Assembly (NCBI GenBank): GCA_965209155.1
Contig: OZ242383.1
Coordinates: 2,144,001 to 2,208,000 of the forward strand
Length of the DNA stretch: 64,000 bases
Source: a bacterium
Lineage (GTDB): Bacteria > SAR324 > NAC60-12
Direction: 5' to 3'
A model generated the notes under the pieces. The model made no database searches. It saw only the letters and a list, made by a program, of their open reading frames with translations, and was not told the DNA's origin. A program made the position numbers and the translations under genes. Every line of letters starts with the position of its first letter. Within the stretch, counting starts at the first letter, position 1. This document shows positions 40,536 through 49,795 of the stretch, one piece after another.

Positions 40536-40968
40536 GCCGTGATTACTCTTTACGTTGGGATGTCAAGTGTGTGAATCCGTGGTTAACTTTGTATATAATT
40601 CCCATAAAAAAGAGATAAAGGACGAAACAGAGCAATCAATGATATTGCACCAACAATCAAACTGATTAATACTAAAATCGTACTTATTGCTTCCATAACA
40701 CATTCTCCATGAAAATAATTGCAATTGACGCCTATTGAAAAAGCGCCGGGTTATTGCAACAAAAAACACGTTTAGAATGTGAAATGTCCCGATTATTTGT
40801 CTGGTCTCCAGGAGCGACCCTTTGACCAATATGCTGGACTATTCTATTCATCGGGTAACCCGACAAAAGAACGTATTTTTTGTTGCGTAATACTCGTTAT
40901 CTCATAAAGAATCCATTTATTCAAGAAATTATTTGAAATTCATTAAATATTATCTTATTATTTGAGTA

Positions 40969-41035
40969 TTGACCTATCCCAACAGAAGGGTATCTGCTTA
41001 CCAAGAGCTCCGTACTCTTCTAAGGGATGGGTCAA
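40969..41035 (+). ncRNA. Candidate hairpin small RNA
   Basis: TTGACCTATCCC/GGGATGGGTCAA and AGAAGGGTA/TACTCTTCT stems; TTGAAA-17-TATTAT upstream. Confidence 0.45.
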
Positions 41036-41041
41036 TTAAAC

Positions 41042-41057
41042 TGGAATTAACATTGCT
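41042..41057 (+). promoter_or_regulatory. sigma54-like promoter of RNA unit 1
   Basis: TGGAAT-TAACA-TTGCT (GG-N10-GC). Confidence 0.6.
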
Positions 41058-41070
41058 TAACCAATACAGA

Positions 41071-41155
41071 ATAGCAGAGGGAACAGATTATAGGACCGTG
41101 CAAAGTCACATTTGCTTTGTTTTATAATCCGGGTGGTACCGCCCCCCTCTGCTAT
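41071..41155 (+). ncRNA. Candidate structured RNA, unit 1
   Basis: Closing stem ATAGCAGAGGG/CCCTCTGCTAT with three internal helices; homologous to unit 2. Confidence 0.6.
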
Positions 41156-41213
41156 ACAAGAAATTAGATTCTTATATTGAAGTCCTTCCCCTAAAAAATT
41201 TCATAATCGATTA

Positions 41214-41228
41214 TGGCATTGACCTTGC
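41214..41228 (+). promoter_or_regulatory. sigma54-like promoter of RNA unit 2
   Basis: TGGCAT-TGACC-TTGC (GG-N10-GC). Confidence 0.65.
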
Positions 41229-41242
41229 CTATCCAATACAGG

Positions 41243-41328
41243 ATAGCAGGGGTTTATCATCGGGACCGAGTGGGGTTTATCCTCTCCCCATTGATGACAA
41301 TTAATGGTGTGGTTCCATCCCCTGCTAT
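41243..41328 (+). ncRNA. Candidate structured RNA, unit 2, abutting the transposase stop codon
   Basis: Closing stem ATAGCAGGGG/CCCCTGCTAT; same topology as unit 1 with different helix sequences. Confidence 0.6.
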
Positions 41329-42252
41329 TCATGCAATCAGATTTTTATATTGAAGTCGTTTCCCTTCCATTCCATTTGTCATCTTTCCCATCTGTTCAAT
41401 AGTATCCATTTCTCTTTGATTTTGACGGCCGGAAAATTCTTTGACATAACGATCCAGATGCTTGGGACTCATTTGATGATATATCCCCTTATGCCCCCTT
41501 TTCAGCATACTCCAGAAAGAATCGATCCCCGATGTATGGACATCCCCTCTCACGTATTCATCATGGCTATGCTTAACTGCTTCATGGTTAGGCAATCCTT
41601 TATAAACCGTTGCTTCGTCTGTGTAAATCATAGCATTCTGTTGTACGTATTCCTGGATCATTTTCTCGATAACGGGCTTCTTTGTGTCTTCCGTAACCGT
41701 TGCAACAACCTGTTTAGTGTCTCGATCCTTAATGCCTACGACTGGAGACTTACCTACTGTACCACGTCCTTTATTGATCCGTTTAGACTTATGCTTAACA
41801 GATTCCTTACCGCCTACATACGTTTCATCCATTTCAACGGGGCCTTTAAAAAATGGAGTATCGCCCTGCCAGCATTCACGGATTCGATGATTAAGATGCC
41901 AAGCAGACTTTTGAGTAATACCCAATTCACGGTGCAATCTCATACTGGAAACTCCTTTGATGTTGGTTGCCATCATATAAATTGCAATTGCCCATTTTTG
42001 ATAACCAATCCTTGAAGATTGTAGAACCGATCCTACTTTTACCGAAAAATGTTTATTACAATCCAAACAGTTATAAGGCATCCTAGGATGTTTCGACTTG
42101 GATATATGTTCGCTTCCGCAATGTCCGCATTTTATTCTGCCATCCGGCCATCGTATGGACTCAAACCATTTCTCCGCCGTTTTATCATCAGGGAACATCT
42201 TAAAGAATTCTGTAATTGAAATTCCCTTCCTGTAATGTTTACCGGGTGGCAT
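41329..42252 (-). CDS. IS1595-family transposase (outer element)
   Basis: Same motifs as the inner transposase; C-terminal half nearly identical. Confidence 0.95.
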   Translation of the reverse strand: MPPGKHYRKGISITEFFKMFPDDKTAEKWFESIRWPDGRIKCGHCGSEHISKSKHPRMPYNCLDCNKHFSVKVGSVLQSSRIGYQKWAIAIYMMATNIKGVSSMRLHRELGITQKSAWHLNHRIRECWQGDTPFFKGPVEMDETYVGGKESVKHKSKRINKGRGTVGKSPVVGIKDRDTKQVVATVTEDTKKPVIEKMIQEYVQQNAMIYTDEATVYKGLPNHEAVKHSHDEYVRGDVHTSGIDSFWSMLKRGHKGIYHQMSPKHLDRYVKEFSGRQNQREMDTIEQMGKMTNGMEGKRLQYKNLIA

Positions 42253-42287
42253 TATTCATTGAAACCTCAAATTATTTAAACCAATGA

Positions 42288-42509
42288 CTACAAATTTAAC
42301 TCACTCAATAGAGATAATTTTGAACGATAAGAAGCCTCTAGCAAAGATCTCCTTTTCTCATTCAAAGAACACCGAACTAACTTATGACGTGCATCTTCAT
42401 AATATCGACGAGCAGAAAAGTATTGTTCAATTAAAGAATCAAGCGCGTCAGAATCTTGTTGATCAACTTCAAGCTGAGTTGACGAGTTTAAAAATTGCTC
42501 TTCGTTCAT
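42288..42509 (-). CDS. Hypothetical 73-aa protein upstream of the outer transposase
   Basis: AAGG RBS; lies just downstream of the promoter at 42535-42563. Confidence 0.5.
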   Translation of the reverse strand: MNEEQFLNSSTQLEVDQQDSDALDSLIEQYFSARRYYEDARHKLVRCSLNEKRRSLLEASYRSKLSLLSELNL

Positions 42510-42534
42510 GTTAACCTTTTGAAATTATAAATAA

Positions 42535-42563
42535 ATTATCTCACAAAAAATCAAAATTGTCAA
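42535..42563 (-). promoter_or_regulatory. sigma70 promoter of the outer element
   Basis: Minus strand TTGACA-17 bp-GATAAT with extended TG. Confidence 0.7.
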
Positions 42564-42622
42564 GCTTTTTATTTGAAAATAATAAAGGCCATTTTACTTA
42601 TGTATATAATCCCCTTACGAAA

Positions 42623-44535
42623 AGTATGGACGAGAGCATGCCGCTATGGTGGCCAATGTCGTCCGTTATCGCTATCGGTCCGCAATCCGGGAAATTGGAA
42701 AGGTACTGGGAATTTCGGCAACAAGCCTGGATCGTCTGGCAAAGCTGATAACTCGTGACCATTGGAGCAACGAGTTCATTCGACAAGCCGTACTTGATCC
42801 TGAAAACCCGGTGATGCGTCATTTGATAACACTGGTGGAAGAGATTCAGGATTTTCCACGCCATCTCTCCATACATCCCGGAGGCTTTCTATTGGGGCAC
42901 AGTCCTGTCCATACGCTGGTACCCATTGAGAAAGCCACCTTGGAAGGAAGAACAGTTATTCAGTGGGACAAGGATGACGTGGAACAAACAGGTCTTTTTA
43001 AGGTAGATCTATTGGGTCTGGGGGCTCTTACGCAGTTGCACCTTTGTTTCGATCTCTTGCAAAAACATCGGCAGAAGAATCTTTCTCTAGTCACTATTCC
43101 GAAGGAAGATACTCCCACGTTCGATATGATCTGCCAAAGCGACACGGTAGGGGTATTTCAAATCGAAAGTCGTGCCCAGATGGCTATGTTGGGACGGCTT
43201 AAACCACGAAATTTTTACGACTTGGTGGTTGAAATCAGCATCGTTCGTCCCGGACCTATTTCGGGTGGCATGGTCCATCCTTATTTAAGACGACGGAATG
43301 GAGAAGAGAGAATCGAGTATCCTCATACTTCACTCATTCCAGTCCTGAAGAAAACCTTAGGAATTCCTCTGTTCCAAGAGCAGGTGATGCAGCTTGCCAT
43401 AGTGGCCGCCGACTACACTCCGGGAGAGGCCGATCAACTCCGACGAGACATGGCGGCCTGGAGACGATCAGGACGGATCGAGCGGCATAAAGAGAAGCTA
43501 ATTTCACGCATGGTGAAGAAAGATATCAGGCAGAAGTTTGCTGAGCGCGTTTTTCAGCAGATCCGAGGCTTTGGTGAATACGGTTTTCCCGAAAGTCATG
43601 CTGCCAGCTTTGCTCATATTGCCTATGCCACTGCCTATCTCAAATGTCATTATCCTGCTGAATTTGTCTGCGCCTTACTCAATGCGCAGCCGATGGGTTT
43701 TTATTCGGTGGCTACCATCGTCAACGACGCCCGGATTCATGGAGTCAATATACTTCCTGTCAATATTTTGGAGAGTCATTGGGATTGCACTCTTGTTGAG
43801 TCTGGGAGCAGACGAGAGCAGTCCGAGTCGTTCGCAGTTCGTATGGGGTTGCGTTTCGTTAAAGGACTGGGTAAGAGAGACTGGTACCATCTTGTACAAG
43901 CAAAGCGTCTGATTCATTTTCGTGATCTTCAGGACGTTGTCCGCTGCAGTGGCCTCCGCCAAAATAAACTGGAGGCTCTGGCGGAGGCAGGTGCATTTGA
44001 ATGTTTTGGTCTGGATCGCCGCAGCGCATTGTGGCAGATTCAGAGTATTGCAAATCAAGAAAAGCCTATATTACCATTGAATATCAACACTCCCTTACCT
44101 CAATTTAAATCCCTGAGTGATTTGGAAACCATCATTTGGGATCACCAGACTTGCAGTCACAGTCCACGGGGACACTTACTGAAACCATTTAGACTTGCCC
44201 TGGCAGCTGATGGACTTCCCACGGCACTTCAACTGAACCAGATGAGGGGAAGTTGTCTTGTCTCTTATGTAGGCATGGTGATTTGTCGTCAACGACCAGG
44301 GACGGCTCAGGGTGTGACTTTCATGACACTGGAAGACGAGACGGGGTTCGTGAATTTGGTCATCTGGAAGAGGGTTTTCAATCGATTTTCTTTGCAAGCA
44401 AAAACGCTTTCATGCATGGGAGTGACTGGAAAACTGCAAGTAGCGGAAGGAGTAACTCACCTGGTAGTTGAAATTATCTGGGAACCGCTGTTGCAGCATA
44501 AATCAATCCAGGTCGAGAGCCGGGACTTTCACTGA
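42623..44535 (+). pseudogene. dnaE2: dnaE2 3' part
   Basis: Resumes KYGREHAAMVANV; PRHLSIHPGG, KVDLLGLG, YGFPESH, RQRPGTA, terminal SRDFH. Confidence 0.93.
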
Positions 44536-44606
44536 TCACTATCTGAGACTCATCTCCCTTTCGCTTTAAAATATGCCGGGCCCAGTCTGAAATTAAAATA
44601 GAAATT

Positions 44607-44683
44607 TGGTGCGTCCGACAGGATTCGAACCTGTGACCGACGGATTAGAAATCCGTTGCTCTATCCAACTGAGCTACGGACGC
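44607..44683 (-). tRNA. tRNA-Arg (UCU)
   Basis: GCGTCCGTAGCTCAGTTGGATAGAGC...ACGGA-TTTCTAA-TCCGT...GTTCGAATC...GGACGCACCA. Confidence 0.96.
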
Positions 44684-44974
44684 AAAAGCAGTTATGGCAG
44701 GAATTCAAGTGGAAAGGAAAAATGGACTGTATCACCATCTAACATCCAGAATGACTGACTCGAAAAGTATCTTATGAACCTCAAGAAAACAAGATTTTTA
44801 TTTTAACTGTCTGGTATCACTTTTAAAATTCTCATAACATACATACTGTTTTTAATATAAAATTTTCGATAAAGTTTACTATTATGATAGATACTATTTT
44901 GATAGAATTAGCATGAATCGTGGCAACAAATTAAAATCTTTACAGGAAGAACAATACTTTAGAAATTGGCATAG

Positions 44975-45508
44975 ATGAATAAGCCCTTTGAAATTTTTCG
45001 TTCTTTAGTCGTTGTAATGTTAGTCAGTTTGGCGGCGTGTGGCTATAAACTGGAAGGGAGCAATCCCCAACTACCTTCTGATTCGACAACATTAGCGATC
45101 GTCCCAATCCAAAACCGCACTTTTCAAGCAGGGTTGGAAACGCGGTTGATGCGTCACCTGGTTCAATTGTTCCGCAACAACGCCTCTATAAATTTAGTCG
45201 TACCTCAAGATGCGGATTTAGTTTTAGACATTAAACTCCAGACCCTCAATGCCAAACAAACTTCTGTTTCGGCAGACGGATCCACTGTTGAACTGCAATT
45301 GGAGCTGAGTGGAAGCGTTGTTCTCAAAGACAGGAAACAGGACACCACCCTCTGGAGTGAAACAGGTTTCAACGCAAGAGGAATCCTTCTTTATGATAAA
45401 GGAGAAACCAGCATGGGATTATCAGGTTCATCGATTGGACGTGGTCTCGATGAGGTCACTAATGCCTTTGCTGAAAGGGTTTATGAACGAATATTTATTA
45501 AATTTTAG
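44975..45508 (+). CDS. lptE: LPS assembly lipoprotein LptE
   Basis: Lipobox LAAC-GY, I.NRT..GLE, ADLVL. Confidence 0.75.
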   Translation: MNKPFEIFRSLVVVMLVSLAACGYKLEGSNPQLPSDSTTLAIVPIQNRTFQAGLETRLMRHLVQLFRNNASINLVVPQDADLVLDIKLQTLNAKQTSVSADGSTVELQLELSGSVVLKDRKQDTTLWSETGFNARGILLYDKGETSMGLSGSSIGRGLDEVTNAFAERVYERIFIKF

Positions 45509-45690
45509 AGGAGTCCTGTATTTCCAATATTCAAAATAAAAACAATCCGCCTTCCAGTCATCAATTCCTGCTCTCAATTGATGAGTAACTGATAATGTGC
45601 TAACTCTCTTCAATATGTGATACGTTAAGGTATTATCATGGTCTCCTTGCTGGAAAGAGCATCATGGAAAATTGCTGTAACGAGGTAACT

Positions 45691-46041
45691 ATGATTCCTG
45701 ATAATTTAGAATATTTTAGAAACAAGTTGCTCAAGATGAAAGAGGCGCTTTTAGAAGAAAGTACGACCACCGTCCATGAAATGAAAACTGAAATCACTCT
45801 ATTTCCCGATCCCAATGACCGGGCTACTCTGGAAACAGAACGCAATACTATCTTGCGGATCAGGGACCGTGAGCGTAAATTGCTGAGCAAAGTTCAAGAA
45901 GCGCTTGATCGGATTGAAGACAAAACTTTTGGATTTTGTGAAAGTTGTGGAAAATTGATTGGGCAGGCTCGTCTTGAAATTCGGCCTGTAACGACATTTT
46001 GCATTGATTGCAAGGCCGAAATGGAAGCCACTGAACGATAG
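45691..46041 (+). CDS. dksA: RNA polymerase-binding protein DksA
   Basis: FPDPNDRAT.E, RDRERKL, CESC..RL..RP....CIDC. Confidence 0.92.
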   Translation: MIPDNLEYFRNKLLKMKEALLEESTTTVHEMKTEITLFPDPNDRATLETERNTILRIRDRERKLLSKVQEALDRIEDKTFGFCESCGKLIGQARLEIRPVTTFCIDCKAEMEATER

Positions 46042-46055
46042 AAGGGACTATTCTA

Positions 46056-46081
46056 AGAAAGGGCTGGCAAGTTGCCAGCCC
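46056..46081 (-). terminator. Hairpin terminator between convergent dksA and groEL
   Basis: GGGCTGGCAA-G-TTGCCAGCCC, followed by TTTCTT on the minus strand. Confidence 0.6.
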
Positions 46082-46109
46082 CTGACTGCTCGAAAGGTAG
46101 AAATCGGAA

Positions 46110-47777
<1,668 letters not shown>

Positions 47778-47833
47778 TCATTGATTAGATAGTTAAATTA
47801 ATAAATTACTGAAAATTACTATTTGGATGAGTT

Positions 47834-48118
47834 TTATTCGATCACTCCCAAAACATCGTCTTCACGCATGATGAGATAATCCTGTCCGTCGATTTTTATG
47901 TCGGTTCCTCCGTATTTGCTGAACAATATACGGTCACCTTCTTTCAAATCCAGTGCCTGAATCTCACCACTCTCTGTGCGCTTACCTTTGCCAACCGCGA
48001 TGACCTCCCCTTCCTGAGGCTTCTCTTTTGCCGTATCCGGAATGATGATTCCACCAACGGTTTGCTCTTCTGCATCTAAACGTTTTACTATAATTCGATC
48101 TTGTAAGGGACGAATCAT
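47834..48118 (-). CDS. groS: Co-chaperonin GroES
   Basis: [32 protein letters not shown]. Confidence 0.98.
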   Translation of the reverse strand: MIRPLQDRIIVKRLDAEEQTVGGIIIPDTAKEKPQEGEVIAVGKGKRTESGEIQALDLKEGDRILFSKYGGTDIKIDGQDYLIMREDDVLGVIE

Positions 48119-48172
48119 GTTCCTCCTGCATTGCATAAAGGTTAAAAAATTACTTACTCATGAATCCAATTA

Positions 48173-48199
48173 ATAGCATTCAACTAAGGTGAGTGCTAA
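48173..48199 (-). promoter_or_regulatory. CIRCE (HrcA operator) 1
   Basis: Minus strand TTAGCACTC-N9-GAATGCTAT. Confidence 0.88.
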
Positions 48200-48242
48200 T
48201 AACTGAAAAATATAACAGAAAATTATCAGAAATCAAGAAAAA

Positions 48243-48269
48243 ATAGCACTAATGTCTGGTGAGTGCTAA
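48243..48269 (-). promoter_or_regulatory. CIRCE (HrcA operator) 2
   Basis: Minus strand TTAGCACTC-N9-TAGTGCTAT. Confidence 0.88.
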
Positions 48270-48450
48270 TTTTTTAATCGGAAATATGGACTGTTTGAAG
48301 AAAGCGAGAAATGAGGACGAGTTTTAAGAGGAGATTGTCCCGCTCTCCTCCACGGTGAGCTGACTCCCAAATGAAGCTCTTATTGCAAAATTTATTCACG
48401 TATCCTTCATGGAAAAGTATTCCACTCCGGAGAATAAAAATAATTTCAAA

Positions 48451-48502
48451 GGGTTATCCCATTATTTTCACGGTAAGGGTTATCCCATTATTTTCACGGT
48501 AA
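48451..48502. repeat. 26-bp perfect tandem repeat, two copies
   Basis: GGGTTATCCCATTATTTTCACGGTAA twice. Confidence 0.92.
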
Positions 48503-48643
48503 CATCAATCACTGAATTAAATTACCAAGTAGAGAGACCGGCCTTCAAATAAGAAGAAAGCCGGTAGGATCGGGTATTAATGAGTAGATGTAAGGGCAAA
48601 CCGCTCAGTCGGTTGGATCGAACAGAGTCGGTATGCTCGAGCA

Positions 48644-49285
48644 TTACTCCAAAGTGTTGATATAGGCAGCCATATTATTGATCGCATCGTCATCGACTAA
48701 TGTCAGAACCATAGGACGCATTTGCATGCCAAATATATCCTGGGGATTGGTTCCTCGGATACCTTCTTTGTAATTTTTCAGTTGCTGTACCATATACCAA
48801 TCAAACTGACCGGTCAACTTAGGTGAATTCAAAGCTTTGTTTCCTTCTCCATTTGCACCGTGGCAGGCCACGCAAAGAGCATAACCGGCTTGTCCCAATG
48901 CGGCGTCACCTTGCACAGAAGCTGGAGGTTTGGGAGGTTTCAAGGAAGTCACATAAGCAGCCACATCGGCAATTTCCTGATCATCGGCCAGTGTCATAGC
49001 CATTGCGCGCATTTGAGCACCATAGATATCTCTTGGATCTCCTGCGCGGAAACCAGCTTTAAAATTCTTCAGTTGTCTCTCAACGTACCAATCTTCCTGA
49101 CCTCCAATAACCGGAGCATGCAGAGCCGAATTTCCTTCACCGTTGTCACCATGGCATACTGCGCAAACTTCAAACAGGACTTTTCCTTTTTCAGCATCTC
49201 CGGCAGCATAAACCGCAATTGACATTCCTAAACTGAGTGCGAATGCCATTCCTGCTACAATAAACCTATTCATACCAATCTCCAA
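48644..49285 (-). CDS. Di-heme cytochrome c4/c553
   Basis: Signal peptide, CAVCH and CVACH, internally duplicated domain. Confidence 0.9.
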   Translation of the reverse strand: MEIGMNRFIVAGMAFALSLGMSIAVYAAGDAEKGKVLFEVCAVCHGDNGEGNSALHAPVIGGQEDWYVERQLKNFKAGFRAGDPRDIYGAQMRAMAMTLADDQEIADVAAYVTSLKPPKPPASVQGDAALGQAGYALCVACHGANGEGNKALNSPKLTGQFDWYMVQQLKNYKEGIRGTNPQDIFGMQMRPMVLTLVDDDAINNMAAYINTLE

Positions 49286-49795
49286 TAATACAAATTGTTA
49301 GAAGCTAAAAAGCTATAGAATCAAATTTCGAGTGCCCCTTCATAGGGTTCGGAATCAGAGGGAAATGTCTCCTCATCTGAGATTAGTATCTAATATATAC
49401 GGAATGAAATCAAATAAGCAATAAATTTACCAATTTTTTCTCAACTTCTTATTTATATTCGTCTGAAAACCTGTTTGAAAGTCATTTAATTCTCATTAAC
49501 ATCAAGCAAATCATTGCGACATGGATCATGTTTTCAGAGTTTTTTGTTTTTCTTTCATAATCGATGTTGAGTCTTCGGTACCATCCAAACCAGGAAAAGG
49601 TTCTTTCGACGATCCACCTTTTCGGTAGGAGCGGAAAGCCCGTTCCCTGGAGGTTTGGAGTGATCTCGAGTTCACTTTGAAATCGATTCCATAACCATTG
49701 GGCTGATTCCCCTCGATTAACCTCCGTCGACCCAAATCATCTGAATCCAAATGAAGGGGGTAAACATCGCGAAATCTTTCTCACTCTTTATGGGG

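Larger units (their letters stand above)
39197..40603 (+). mobile_element. Nested 1407-bp IS1595-family element
   Basis: 24-bp perfect TIR GGGAATTATATACAAAGTTAACCA; 8-bp TSD ATAAAAAA (39189-96, 40604-11). Confidence 0.95.
38994..40696 (-). pseudogene. 95-aa membrane passenger gene split by the nested IS (40696-40604 + 39188-38994)
   Basis: Removing the IS and one TSD gives in-frame MEAISTILVL...RPLSLFY|LSTRRRAVVV...ELFK; GGAG RBS. Confidence 0.88.
36519..42614 (-). mobile_element. 6096-bp IS1595-family cargo element inserted in dnaE2
   Basis: 25-bp perfect TIR GGGGATTATATACATAAGTAAAATG (36519-43, 42590-614); 8-bp TSD TTACGAAA (36511-18, 42615-22). Confidence 0.96.

Noticed and set aside
36815..40696. 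Integron cassette array
   Set aside because: Short co-oriented ORFs, but no repeated attC-like sites and no integrase
41071..41328. Known ribozyme or SAM-I riboswitch
   Set aside because: Only short resemblances (CGGTCCC, CCCGATGA); I could not assemble hammerhead, twister, HDV or SAM-I cores by eye. An Rfam scan is still needed
42284..42514. Plus-strand 76-aa ORF
   Set aside because: The overlapping minus-strand ORF has the RBS and promoter support; not fully excluded
35258..44535. Naturally split DnaE (split intein) or a self-splicing IStron
   Set aside because: No intein terminal motifs and no recognisable group I/II intron core; TIRs and TSD fully explain the break
44607..44683. Prophage or ICE integrated at tRNA-Arg
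   Set aside because: No integrase, phage or conjugation genes, and no att duplicate seen
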